From an uncultured bacterium (GTDB taxonomy: Bacteria > UBP14 > UBA6098), in NCBI GenBank assembly GCA_964459995.1, contig CAYWOR010000009.1:36891-100890 (forward strand): 64,000 bases of DNA. Direction: 5' to 3'. Under the pieces are notes generated by a model, which was not told the DNA's origin, did no database searches, and saw nothing but the letters and a program-made list of their open reading frames with translations. The translations under genes were made by a program, and so were the position numbers. Position 1 is the stretch's first letter; every line of letters begins with the position of its first letter. This document shows, in pieces, positions 29,012-39,197 of this stretch.

Positions 29012-29944
29012 TTACTTGCCGAGAATACCTATTCCCCATAAAACAACTAATACGACAATAATTAATAAGCCGATGAACGAAAAAGCGAGCACCTGTTTTC
29101 GCTCGATTCTTCGCCCTTGCTTAAAATCGCGATGAAGCTCTCTGAGCCATTTTCCAGCTAATGCCGGAGTGGAAAGGCTTTCCGCCGCGATGTAATCGAG
29201 AAGCGTTTTGTCCGCAGTTTCTCCGATTGCGGAAATAACCGGCAAATCGCTGGCAATAACAGCGCGAAGAAGTTCTTCGTTGTCATAAATATGAAGATCG
29301 TCGCCGCCGCAATTGGTTATAATTATCGCATCCAATTCGCCTTTGTGTCTGTTGCACCGCTCGATTTCGGTAACGATCGCTTCCGGCGTGTGGTTTTCGA
29401 GAAAACGGACATGGAAGGTCAGTCCTCCAGACCCGGTGGCGGTTGTGCGAATATCAACCGGAGCCTGCGAGTTGTGCGGCGCAATAATAGCGATATCGGA
29501 AGGTGGAGGATCTTTCGGGACAGCTTTCAAACGGGCTTTCGTAAGAAGCCCTTCGGAGTCGAGCTTTGTAATGACAGAATCTTCACGGATACGCTCCGCG
29601 AGCGATTTTTGTAGTTCAATAGACTCCAAAAGCAACTCGACGCTGGCATCTTTGCGATAAAGCCACAATCTCCCGCGTGTTACTATCCGCGAGCCTTCTT
29701 TGATGTTGAACTCGATATTTTCACAAACCGAAGGTGGTGCGACACATCGGATTGAACGATCAGAATCTTTGAGGTAGAAAAACATCCAGCCGGTGTCTTT
29801 GCGATTGTCGATAAGGCCACCGACCTCGCCCGCAACAATAACTTTTTTGTTATAATCGGCGACAGCTTTCTCGATGACATCGCAGAGAATATTGTGGACA
29901 CCTGCTGGGGAACACTTCACTATGTCGAGTTTATCTCTATTCAT
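29012..29944 (-). CDS. xseA: exodeoxyribonuclease VII large-subunit-like protein, short form with C-terminal transmembrane helix
   Basis: The OB-fold N-terminal region and the catalytic-domain block (DAIIITNCGGDDLHIYDNEELLRAVIASDLPVISAIGETADKTLLDYIAAESLSTP) align with E. coli XseA as recalled from memory. Lacks the usual C-terminal coiled extension; ends in a hydrophobic helix (FSFIGLLIIVVLVVLWGIGILG). Confidence 0.65.
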   Translation of the reverse strand: MNRDKLDIVKCSPAGVHNILCDVIEKAVADYNKKVIVAGEVGGLIDNRKDTGWMFFYLKDSDRSIRCVAPPSVCENIEFNIKEGSRIVTRGRLWLYRKDASVELLLESIELQKSLAERIREDSVITKLDSEGLLTKARLKAVPKDPPPSDIAIIAPHNSQAPVDIRTTATGSGGLTFHVRFLENHTPEAIVTEIERCNRHKGELDAIIITNCGGDDLHIYDNEELLRAVIASDLPVISAIGETADKTLLDYIAAESLSTPALAGKWLRELHRDFKQGRRIERKQVLAFSFIGLLIIVVLVVLWGIGILGK

Positions 29945-30596
29945 AAGGGCCACTCTCCGGAAGGTGCGATTTTCCAGGGCAAACGGCACAAATCGGAGCT
30001 TTTTTTCTGCAGAAATTTTTACCAGTTTCAACTATCATAGCGTGGTAATTCTTGTAAATTGAAATATCATACTCAATTGACGCGCGAAATATCTCTGCGA
30101 GGCCGTCATAATCGATATTTTGTGGAATCCAGCCATGTCTATACGCAATTCTGAATGTATAAGCATCGACAACGAAAACTGGACGATCGAGAGCATAGAG
30201 TAGAATATCATCAGCTGTCTCCGGCCCAATTCCTCTAATTGAAAGCAGGTCATAGCGAAGTTCTTCAGTCGGAAACATTGACAGTGCATCGATAGAACAT
30301 TCTGTTTTATAATTCAACCAGTCCATAAACCTACGAAGTTTAAGCGTCTTCTGATTGAAATATCCCGACGGGCGTATAGCCTCACGGATAACCTCGTCGT
30401 CCGCATTCAGAAGTTCATGTGGGGAGAGCAGACCAAGTTTTGCGAGATTACTCAGTGCTTTTTCGACATTGACCCAATTAGTGTTTTGAGTGAGAATCGC
30501 ACCGAGCATAATCTCGAAAGGGGTTTCGCCCGGCCACCATCTAAGGTCGCCATATCTCTCGAAAAGAGAATCATAAAAACGTCGAATCTCCGTCAC
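29937..30596 (-). CDS. HhH-GPD base-excision DNA glycosylase (endonuclease III-related)
   Basis: 219 aa; helix-hairpin-helix GPD region (LLSIRGIGPETADDILLYAL...VDAY); C-terminal Cys cluster CRKKAPICAVCPG. Confidence 0.7.
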   Translation of the reverse strand: MTEIRRFYDSLFERYGDLRWWPGETPFEIMLGAILTQNTNWVNVEKALSNLAKLGLLSPHELLNADDEVIREAIRPSGYFNQKTLKLRRFMDWLNYKTECSIDALSMFPTEELRYDLLSIRGIGPETADDILLYALDRPVFVVDAYTFRIAYRHGWIPQNIDYDGLAEIFRASIEYDISIYKNYHAMIVETGKNFCRKKAPICAVCPGKSHLPESGPYE

Positions 30597-31735
30597 AATC
30601 CACCGTTCGGAATCTCGCCGCGGTCAAGCATTGGTTTGAGAATTTTGTTGTAATATCTGGCGAAAGCATCCACTACGAGAGGGTCGAAATGAGAGCCGCT
30701 TTCGCTTAGAATGAGGCATTTCGCCTCTTCGAATGTAAGTGCCTTTTTGTATTCGCGGGCTGAGGTTATCGCATCGAAAGAGTCCGCAACACCGATTATC
30801 CTCGCGCCGAGCGGGATTGCCTCGCGAGCCATGCCAAAAGGATAACCTCTGCCGTCCCATCTCTCGTGATGAGCACTTGCGATGAGCGGAACATCGGCCA
30901 AATCCTCGGCAAAATGCACTTTGCTTACTATGTCGTGAGTGATTTTCGCGTGGCTTTTAATCTGTTCATATTCGGATTCGGTGAGTGGTCCTTCTTTTTT
31001 TAGAATTACATCGTCGATGCCTATCTTACCGTAATCGTGTAACAAGCTTGCAATACGGATTTGCTCGATGTCTCTTTCTGAAAGCCCCATTTCACGGGCG
31101 ATTCCGACCGAGTATTTTGCCACACGGTGTGAGTGTCCTTTTGATATAGGGTGTTTGGCGTCGATAGTGGCGGCCATAACTTCGGTGAGCGAACCCAGAG
31201 TTTTTCGTAAATCATTGTAGAGCCGCGCATTTTCGATGGTCATCGAAATCTGTGCACCGGCGGCTTGCAGAAGCAGATAATCCTCGTTCGTGAATCCACC
31301 GGATTCTTTGTTAATCATCTCGATAACACCGATAGTCTCGCTTCTGTAGTTCACCAAAGGGATAATGAGAATATTCTCGACCTTCAGGCCGAAAACCTCT
31401 TCGAGTTTGCCTTTGAACCGGCTGTCCAGATGGGGGCTGTCAGATATAATATACTCGCGGGTCGTTGCCACCCAACCGACCATGCCCTCGCGGAGAGGGA
31501 GTTTGACAATCCTACCGGAGGGGAAAAGGGCAGTCCATAATTCTGACTGTTCGCGGTCGAAAATCCATATTACGCAGTTACTTGCACCAACGAGAAGCGC
31601 ACATTCATGCGTTACTTTATCCATAAGGTTTTCCAGATGGATATCGCTGGAGAGCGCTCGCCCGATTTGCAGTAAACGTGATAACCGGGCAACTTCCCGC
31701 CGCAGTAAATTCGTGTCTTCTTTATCTTCCCTCAT
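30593..31735 (-). CDS. GAF-domain HD-GYP phosphodiesterase (c-di-GMP signalling)
   Basis: 380 aa; N-terminal GAF-like region; C-terminal HD-GYP (HSHRVAKYS...LLHDYGKI...HHERWDGRGYP); its stop overlaps the EndoIII-like start by 4 nt. Confidence 0.8.
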   Translation of the reverse strand: MREDKEDTNLLRREVARLSRLLQIGRALSSDIHLENLMDKVTHECALLVGASNCVIWIFDREQSELWTALFPSGRIVKLPLREGMVGWVATTREYIISDSPHLDSRFKGKLEEVFGLKVENILIIPLVNYRSETIGVIEMINKESGGFTNEDYLLLQAAGAQISMTIENARLYNDLRKTLGSLTEVMAATIDAKHPISKGHSHRVAKYSVGIAREMGLSERDIEQIRIASLLHDYGKIGIDDVILKKEGPLTESEYEQIKSHAKITHDIVSKVHFAEDLADVPLIASAHHERWDGRGYPFGMAREAIPLGARIIGVADSFDAITSAREYKKALTFEEAKCLILSESGSHFDPLVVDAFARYYNKILKPMLDRGEIPNGGL

Positions 31736-31803
31736 AATAATTCACCGTGAATAATCAGCAAAAAGAATACGGTTGTCAATCGATATTATTTTGCAAATCT
31801 AAA

Positions 31804-34800
31804 TTAGAACTTCAGTTCGACCCAAATGCTTACATCTCGAACATGTGTGATCTGTTCGATTCTGCGGTTGTTCGTGTCTATCCATTTTAATTCGAGACCG
31901 CCGCGAATATTTCTGCTGAAATTGTAACTTGCCGAAGGTGTTATGCTCCATTCGACATCGTCACGGGAGCGAGAAACCTCGCCGGTGGCTCCTTCGACCC
32001 ATGATTCTGTGATACGTGTGGTGTTTTGAACAGTAAGAGACAAAGTAAGCTGGTTCTCGAATTTCAGAGTGCCAATAATCGGAAGCTTGAATCCTTTCGA
32101 GCCGCGAATGGAATATCCTGCTGTAATTTTGTGCGACAGCTCGTAGTTATGACGAATATTTACCGATGTTGCCGAATAAGTTCTCTCGTGTGAATTGCGG
32201 AGGTTCGTCGAATAATCGGTGCTGATTCCGGGTTTCCATGTCATGTTTATGGACACGAGCGGATTGAAGCTGTGCGTTAAGACATCGTTTTTAAGGGCAT
32301 TAGATTCATAATTCTCGCGGACTTCATAAGAATAATTAGAATTCGCACGGGCGTTGCTCGCGAGTGTTTTAAATGGCGGAATCTGTCCGAGACCGTTCCA
32401 GTTAAGGGTAACATCCGGGAAAGTAGTTTGGATCTGTTTTGTATTGTTTGTGCTGATAGTAACATTTTTAACGTAATTGTATCTCGCCTGCAAAGTCATT
32501 TTGAAAGGTAGGCGCGTGCCGGTGCGGATATTCCTCTTTTCAGTCGTAGTATGGCTCTCTATCTGGCTTGTAGCGGCAAGAGAGTCAGTAACTCTGTGAA
32601 CACCGGGGTCGGTTGTCAATGAAAGTTGATACCACAAATCAGGCCTTCCGGCGAGATTTGGTATTTGACGGCGATCGTCGAATTGCCAGTCGAAATTCAA
32701 ATCGTCGAGATTGTCGAAAAGAGGTTTTGTAATAGCAAGAGCTTTTTTAAGTCCGCCTGTGGATTCACGAGAACCTGATGGCGCCGGCTGTTCCGGAGTA
32801 GGGGGTTCTTCTTCACCTTGCCTGCCGCCTCTATCTCGCGGAGTTTCCCTTCGAGGAGGCATGGGTGACGATCCGGAAGTTGTTCCGCCGATTGCGCTTC
32901 CAAGCTGTTTCCACTTTATCCCCCACGAAGCTCTGAAAGAGCGGTTTAAGTTCACCACTCCGAACCTGTCGCGATATCTCGCCGGATCGGTATCCTCTTT
33001 GTATTCGCCGCGGATTTCGTAGTTTTGCGAGAGCCAGGATATCATTGCCGGTGTATATCGAACATTTTGGCTGATAGATTTTGACAGGGGATTGCCAATC
33101 ACAACCGGATGTCTCCATCTAAAATGGGCTGAATCGCCGATATCGCGTTTCATTGAGAGAATAAAGCCGGTGGTAATCGGGGGCATGATATTTGTGTTTA
33201 GCGTCGCTGTGTGTGTTAGCGATTTTTCGTTGCTGTATGTTCGCGTATCATATCGGTCGAATCGCTCTTCCTCGCGACCGGTAAGATTTGTTTCAAAACG
33301 TAAGGCTGTTGGAGCGAAATTCAGCGAAAGGTCGAGTAATCTCGGAACCGAGGGGTCTTCGATTCTCGCGCCGGGTCTCGATGGTGTGCCCTTTGGGGGC
33401 GATATTGGCGATGAGGGTTTTCCCTCTACCGAATCGACTTCGGTGCGTTCATCGTCCTTTTTATCCGCGAACATCCATCGAGTTAGATGGACATTCCAGT
33501 TTTTAGAAGTCGGCGTGAGATCATAAGTCTGCCGAAGGTTCCAATTTCTGCTTATACGAAGTGGATATGTCGGGCTAATCTCACGGGTTTCTCCGGCGCT
33601 AACGCTATGAGAAAGCCTCGAAAGAGTAAGACCTATCAGCCAATGCGGATCGCGAGGTTTTAAGGTCTCGGTTATGTTCACCGAATACTGCTTGGTAGTA
33701 GTAGTTTCCTGCTGACGAAGCGTATCCGGAACGCTGATGTCCGAGCCTGTTTTAAGTCTTGGAACGGAGATTCGCCGAGAGAAATTGGAAGACACAGGCA
33801 GATTCAGCCCCCACCTGTCAGGGGCGAATTTGTGTGGCTTGAAACCGCCGGAAAGGCTTAGCACCGTTTCAGTCCTTCCGGTGCCCACTCGCTCGTTAAG
33901 GCCGTGGAATTCGCTATCTTTACGTTCGAGAGTTCCGCTAAAATCGGCGAGGTCGGCAAAATTCATCGAGAATGTCGCTTTTTCCGCCCAGCCGGGTTCT
34001 TTGCGGACATTTGTAACGCGAAGCTCATCGACCCAAATCTCACCGGAAATTGGACGGAATCGGTAGGGATTAATAACACCCATCTCAAAATAACGAACAT
34101 CGGTCAAAGTGGGGGAGCCGTTGATAATATACCAACCGTTTTCCGTTCGATAGATTGGATCGATGTTTGGTATGCTCGTATCAGAGATTGCAGTCTGATA
34201 TTCGTTCTTGAAGGCTGTCATCTCGGGGAAATCCATCATCACCCTGTTTGATTCGACCCAGCCGTCCTGAAGGTAAGTTCTGTATTCGTATGTATTATTA
34301 GCATCCCTGCCGAGTTTGAAGAAGAACAAAACCGAATCGTCGCTGACATGCTTGTTGAAATAAACCCACATATCGAGCGCTTGATAGAGAGTGAGATCCA
34401 TCGATTCGCCCGCGAAAGTTGTGCGGAAACACGAAGCGACAGATTGGCCGGGAACTTTGTCATAGAGTATCGCAAGCGATTGCTCCTGGCTCATAATGCC
34501 GGTTGTAACAGAACGCTCTCCGGTAACACCGGGGGGTGAGACATAATCGCCGTCTTCATGAGTATTTTTAGTGGCGATTTCGATATTGGCGGTTTTCTCT
34601 TCCCACTTATTTCCGACAAGCTCGATTTGGGCAATCTGAATTTTCGAGTATCTTTCGACACCATCCACCCAAATTCGAGAATATCTGATCCTCTCCCAAT
34701 CCGGCGAACCTACTTCCTTCCGCCGATGAACCTTGCCATCTGGGTTATGAGTATAAACAGAGTCCTGAATAGGTATTCGATACAGCCTCCAATATTCGTC

Positions 34801-37800
34801 TGTGCCGTCCTCGACAATATTACGCGTGTTGGGCACCTCGAATTCGGAGCTTGAAAGATCGATTGTGAACTCGAAATAGTCGTTATTAGTATCGAGGAAA
34901 TTGTTGCCGTTGAGGTCTTCGGTATCTGGCTTTGTTCCGCCTTCGGGGTCTCTGCCGTTGCCTTCAGTGCCGTTGATTTTAGAATAATCGTTCGGATTAT
35001 CTTTGCTCCAGTGCCAGTTGTCGCCGTTAGGGTCTGGATTGTTCACCGGATGGTATCCAGGTTCGAGGCTGTCGGGAAGGCCATCGAGACCTACATCCTC
35101 GGCGGCGCTTAGGATGCCGTCGCGGTAACCTGCGACTTCGAGGTCTTCCGAGTTCAGAACGCCGTCGCCGTTTATATCCTCGTTTATCGAGCCGAAATTA
35201 AAGTGCAGATGTCCCTCATTTCCGCGCACCCAGACTTCGAGGAATCTCGATTTGCTCTGGTCGTGGTAGCCGGTGGTTATATATCTCATAACACCAGCCC
35301 ATTTATCTGTTCCACCGCCGACAGAATCCGGGTCGAATTCCAAAACGAGGACATTGGTTCTCGAATCTTCGGTTGCTACGTCCTTCTGAGGCCATATCTC
35401 CTTCACTGCGACCTTGTCGTAGGGATTATACCAAATTAGGTGCCCGCGATCATCCTGTGTCTTTCCCTGTGGTGCGGAGGATTTTTTCCATGCTGTTCGA
35501 CGAATTTCGAGATTGAAAGTGCTTCTCGACCCTTCAAAATCGTCGATATAAGCCTCGTCCTTTGTGTTCGGATTGCTGATAACCTGCGCAACTTCGGCTG
35601 TGAAACGTATCTTCGATGCTGACTCGGTATGAATTAGGGGGATAGCATTGACCGCATCCGTAATGAATGGCACTTCATAGTCGAGCTGAAGGTCGGCATC
35701 CCAAATGAAAGCCTTGCCGGGTTCACGCCCGATTCGAGGCCTGCGCTCTGCGCTCGATGTGGATTTGTAAATAGCTGTTCCGCCGATCCAGCTTTGTTCG
35801 CCGAAACGATATTCGGCTCTTGCTCCGAGAAGAGCTTTCTGTTCCGGCATGAAGAAAGGCTCGTAATCGAAGTCTATAGTAAGCGTTGTATTGGGGTTTA
35901 AAGCTTCATCGTTGAGGAACGTGATCTGCCCGATTTGATAATCCACACGGTAATCTATACCGCTTTGAAGCCTTCTTCCGCCAAGTTTCACAATTTCGGA
36001 ATTCTCGATAATATTAAATCTGCCGAGGCTCATAGGATTCTGACGCTGTCCGGTTTTCAAACGAATGATGTATTGATGATCCTGTGCGATTTCTGAGCTT
36101 GTCGATGAGGTATACATCGCGCGGACTCTGGGTGTGTTCGGCCCAAGATTCATGCGTGTTGAAGCCATTTCGGCTTCGCTCGGATTAAAAGGATGGAGAA
36201 CGGGAAAAATCAGATGGCCGTCTTGCGGATTAACCATGACCGCATCAACTCTGCCATCGGATTCGTAATTTCCCATTGTGTTAAGCTCGTCGAGACCGAA
36301 AACTTCGAGGAAATTCCTCGGCGGCGATTGTGTTGTATCGCTTCTAATATCGTTTGTTACTGGATTTAGGAATATTTCGACTTCGAGATTATCGGTGTTG
36401 ATGTTTGTCGAACTTAGATAATAGACATTGCGCCAGGTTTGTTCCCAGCAGGGGTTGTTCGACCTCATCGCCGGCGGTCTGATTAAATTTAGCTGTAAGG
36501 TTGTGTCTCCGGATGTCGGGTCGATATACAACCCTCCGACCGTGTCCTGCGTGCCGTCCGCGCGGCGTATAATGTAACTGCATGCGATAGCGTGGTTGTT
36601 GCTCAGAGGATTCGACCCGGTCATATAGAACCATCCGAGCCTTCGGTAAATCTGATAATACTCTTGGCTGATTGTGTGGAAATAGCCTCTGTGACCGACA
36701 TCACTCACATATGGATCGCCGGGATTGGGCATCGCAACACCTTCTATCGCGCCATTTGCGATATTATTCGACGAAATTTGGTCGTCCACCCAAAGTGTGA
36801 ATTCGACGATGCTGTCGCCGGCCATATATGGGTTTGCCGTAACAGGCCAAACGAAGGGATAAATGAAACTCGAATCTATCCAAAAATAGGTCAGGTCGAG
36901 GTAATTATATTCTCTGATGTCGGTCGGTTGTGTAGATGTGTTGCCGGTAATTGTGGTTGTTTCGTGTTGGCCTTTTTCTTGGCTTGCTATGGCTGTTATC
37001 GCCCAATCGCCGATCTGAAACTGGCTCTTAATGCCGAAAAGCCCTTCGACCCTCTCCGAATAGCCCACGAAAGTCGCACCGGGAAGCGAAAGATTTGTGT
37101 TTCCCGCTTCGATTTTCTGGATTATATCGTCCTCTTCGCCGGTAAATGCAATGTTGATAGTATTCTCGAGGTCTGTTTCCCTTTTCGAGTCCTGATCGAC
37201 CGTAACACTTATCTTGCTTCCGATAGTTCCGGTAATCGTGAAACGGCTTTCCTGCTCCATCTGAAGGCTTGGAAACTTGCTCTGATTTGGCCCGAATTCC
37301 TGTCCGGTAATCCATGTGCTTCTGCCGGAAAGGGTTATGCGGCGATATCCCGATACACGAAGCCCCGCGCCGCCCTCGCCGATGATGTCACGCACCCCTT
37401 TTGGAAAATCGATGGGAATCTCGAAACTCAAGCCGTCCCTTCGAGCTTTTGCTTCCTCCTTTGAGCCTTCCCATGCGTTATTGCGCCAATATCTATTGGC
37501 CATGAACAGCTTGAATTGATCAATGGGAACTACTCTCGAGGCATATATCTGCCTGTCGAGAACCCACTCGTCAATAACAACAAAGCCGTCGCCCCAGAAT
37601 ACGACCGCAGAATATCGATGATTAAGGGTCGAATAATCTAATAAAGCCAGCGTAGTGTCAGTTTCGCCAATTCCGGAGAAATCATATAACCCCGGCTGAA
37701 AACGATTTTCGAGGGGGAGGAAGAATCTGCCTTCCTGATGCAGGGAAATATCGACGCCTTGCGCGAAAATTCCGGCGGGAACAAGCGCAAAGAGTAACGC

Positions 37801-37833
37801 AATCGCGATTATATCGAATTTATTCCGCCGCAT
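31804..37833 (-). CDS. sprA: giant outer-membrane beta-barrel protein, putative T9SS translocon SprA/Sov family
   Basis: 2009 aa; signal peptide; ends ...WVELKF with an aromatic terminus. Size, beta-rich composition and the T9SS context (CTD cargo and a PorV-like gene in the window) support the call; no motif-level verification was possible. Confidence 0.5.
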   Translation of the reverse strand: MRRNKFDIIAIALLFALVPAGIFAQGVDISLHQEGRFFLPLENRFQPGLYDFSGIGETDTTLALLDYSTLNHRYSAVVFWGDGFVVIDEWVLDRQIYASRVVPIDQFKLFMANRYWRNNAWEGSKEEAKARRDGLSFEIPIDFPKGVRDIIGEGGAGLRVSGYRRITLSGRSTWITGQEFGPNQSKFPSLQMEQESRFTITGTIGSKISVTVDQDSKRETDLENTINIAFTGEEDDIIQKIEAGNTNLSLPGATFVGYSERVEGLFGIKSQFQIGDWAITAIASQEKGQHETTTITGNTSTQPTDIREYNYLDLTYFWIDSSFIYPFVWPVTANPYMAGDSIVEFTLWVDDQISSNNIANGAIEGVAMPNPGDPYVSDVGHRGYFHTISQEYYQIYRRLGWFYMTGSNPLSNNHAIACSYIIRRADGTQDTVGGLYIDPTSGDTTLQLNLIRPPAMRSNNPCWEQTWRNVYYLSSTNINTDNLEVEIFLNPVTNDIRSDTTQSPPRNFLEVFGLDELNTMGNYESDGRVDAVMVNPQDGHLIFPVLHPFNPSEAEMASTRMNLGPNTPRVRAMYTSSTSSEIAQDHQYIIRLKTGQRQNPMSLGRFNIIENSEIVKLGGRRLQSGIDYRVDYQIGQITFLNDEALNPNTTLTIDFDYEPFFMPEQKALLGARAEYRFGEQSWIGGTAIYKSTSSAERRPRIGREPGKAFIWDADLQLDYEVPFITDAVNAIPLIHTESASKIRFTAEVAQVISNPNTKDEAYIDDFEGSRSTFNLEIRRTAWKKSSAPQGKTQDDRGHLIWYNPYDKVAVKEIWPQKDVATEDSRTNVLVLEFDPDSVGGGTDKWAGVMRYITTGYHDQSKSRFLEVWVRGNEGHLHFNFGSINEDINGDGVLNSEDLEVAGYRDGILSAAEDVGLDGLPDSLEPGYHPVNNPDPNGDNWHWSKDNPNDYSKINGTEGNGRDPEGGTKPDTEDLNGNNFLDTNNDYFEFTIDLSSSEFEVPNTRNIVEDGTDEYWRLYRIPIQDSVYTHNPDGKVHRRKEVGSPDWERIRYSRIWVDGVERYSKIQIAQIELVGNKWEEKTANIEIATKNTHEDGDYVSPPGVTGERSVTTGIMSQEQSLAILYDKVPGQSVASCFRTTFAGESMDLTLYQALDMWVYFNKHVSDDSVLFFFKLGRDANNTYEYRTYLQDGWVESNRVMMDFPEMTAFKNEYQTAISDTSIPNIDPIYRTENGWYIINGSPTLTDVRYFEMGVINPYRFRPISGEIWVDELRVTNVRKEPGWAEKATFSMNFADLADFSGTLERKDSEFHGLNERVGTGRTETVLSLSGGFKPHKFAPDRWGLNLPVSSNFSRRISVPRLKTGSDISVPDTLRQQETTTTKQYSVNITETLKPRDPHWLIGLTLSRLSHSVSAGETREISPTYPLRISRNWNLRQTYDLTPTSKNWNVHLTRWMFADKKDDERTEVDSVEGKPSSPISPPKGTPSRPGARIEDPSVPRLLDLSLNFAPTALRFETNLTGREEERFDRYDTRTYSNEKSLTHTATLNTNIMPPITTGFILSMKRDIGDSAHFRWRHPVVIGNPLSKSISQNVRYTPAMISWLSQNYEIRGEYKEDTDPARYRDRFGVVNLNRSFRASWGIKWKQLGSAIGGTTSGSSPMPPRRETPRDRGGRQGEEEPPTPEQPAPSGSRESTGGLKKALAITKPLFDNLDDLNFDWQFDDRRQIPNLAGRPDLWYQLSLTTDPGVHRVTDSLAATSQIESHTTTEKRNIRTGTRLPFKMTLQARYNYVKNVTISTNNTKQIQTTFPDVTLNWNGLGQIPPFKTLASNARANSNYSYEVRENYESNALKNDVLTHSFNPLVSINMTWKPGISTDYSTNLRNSHERTYSATSVNIRHNYELSHKITAGYSIRGSKGFKLPIIGTLKFENQLTLSLTVQNTTRITESWVEGATGEVSRSRDDVEWSITPSASYNFSRNIRGGLELKWIDTNNRRIEQITHVRDVSIWVELKF

Positions 37834-37998
37834 CGTGTGTTAAATCCCGAGTGGATATTGAACTGCGACGAATGAGAATAGAAAAATTGAATTTATTATC
37901 AATAACTTTCATTTATCTTCCGTTTGACCTTGACGTGGTTCTAATCAAGGAGTAAATTATTAAAAAGTCAAATTAAAACCGAGCCAAAAGGAGGCACA

Positions 37999-38760
37999 AT
38001 GTATTTCACTCCATTTATCATTCTCGGGTTTTTCGTTATCGTGCTTTTATCGAGCATGATTCGAATCCTTAAAGAATACGAACGCGGAGTAATTTTTCGT
38101 CTCGGCCGTGTAATCGGCTACAAAGGCCCCGGATTGATATTTCTTATCCCTTTCATCGATAAGATGGTCCGTATTTCGCTTAGAACCATCGTTATGGATG
38201 TTCCGCCACAGGATGTCATCACCAAAGATAATGTCTCGGTGAAAGTTAACGCGGTGGTTTATTTCCGCGTCGTTGATCCACAGAGAGCGGTAATCGAGAT
38301 TGAGAACTATCTTTACGCCACCAGCCAGCTTGCCCAGACAACCCTTCGTAGTGTTCTCGGCGAAAGCGACCTCGACGAATTGCTTTCCGACCGCGAGAAG
38401 ATCAACCATGAGCTTCAGGAAATCATCGACCACGCCACTGACCCATGGGGAATAAAAGTCTCCATGGTTGAGGTGAAGCATGTCGATCTTCCCACCGAGA
38501 TGCAACGTGCGATGGCGGCTCAGGCCGAAGCCGAACGTGAACGCCGCGCAAAAGTTATCTCGGCGGAGGGCGAATTCCAGGCTTCGCAAAAGCTTTCTGA
38601 AGCCGCCAAGGTGCTTTCGGAAAATCCAGCCGCGATTCAGCTTCGCTATCTCCAAACCCTCGGCTTAATTGCCGCAGAGAACAATTCAACAACAATTTTC
38701 CCAGTTCCAATAGACCTTTTTGGACCCTTTTTGGCAAAGGGAAAATCGAATAACGATTAG
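37999..38760 (+). CDS. SPFH/band-7 (stomatin-like) membrane protein
   Basis: 253 aa; N-terminal TM helix plus stomatin/prohibitin core ([32 protein letters not shown]...); AEAERERRA coiled region. Confidence 0.85.
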   Translation: MYFTPFIILGFFVIVLLSSMIRILKEYERGVIFRLGRVIGYKGPGLIFLIPFIDKMVRISLRTIVMDVPPQDVITKDNVSVKVNAVVYFRVVDPQRAVIEIENYLYATSQLAQTTLRSVLGESDLDELLSDREKINHELQEIIDHATDPWGIKVSMVEVKHVDLPTEMQRAMAAQAEAERERRAKVISAEGEFQASQKLSEAAKVLSENPAAIQLRYLQTLGLIAAENNSTTIFPVPIDLFGPFLAKGKSNND

Positions 38761-38804
38761 CAGGCTACGTGCCATAGGAAGGCTTTCCTAACCTCTCTGA
38801 AAGC

Positions 38805-38846
38805 ACAAAAAAAAGAAGAGCGGCCACTCTGGCCGCTCTTTTATTA
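38805..38846. terminator. bidirectional rho-independent terminator (AGAGCGGCC-ACTCT-GGCCGCTCT flanked by A- and T-tracts)
   Basis: A perfect 9-bp stem with a 5-nt loop between convergent genes. Confidence 0.8.
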
Positions 38847-38874
38847 CTTTAGGTCATTTAACCTAAGTCGAAAA

Positions 38875-39114
38875 TCAATAAGTGTTTAGAGCAATACAGG
38901 TAATCGTCCGCTGGATTCCCGGGACCTTCCGAATCTGTTCGATGATTTCCTGTTTCAACATTTCCAAAGAATCAGCCTCGACATAAGCGATGACATCGTG
39001 AAGGCCGGTAACGACTCTAACACCCGACACACCATCGACTTTGCGAAGGTCGTCGGCTACCTGAAGTTCGCTTCCAGTCGCGACGTTGATAAGTAAATAG
39101 GCTCCTGGTTTCAT
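38875..39114 (-). CDS. stand-alone Lrp/AsnC C-terminal ligand-binding (RAM) domain protein
   Basis: 79 aa with a beta-alpha-beta-beta-alpha-beta-like pattern (LLINVATGSELQVADDLRKVDGVSGVRVVTGLHDVIAYVEA). Confidence 0.55.
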   Translation of the reverse strand: MKPGAYLLINVATGSELQVADDLRKVDGVSGVRVVTGLHDVIAYVEADSLEMLKQEIIEQIRKVPGIQRTITCIALNTY

Positions 39115-39197
39115 TTTTCCTCCATTTTGTTTTTTTCAAACTCACTCTAATAGTAATCAACTCATTAAGGGCTGTCAAGGGATTATTACATGTCCCA

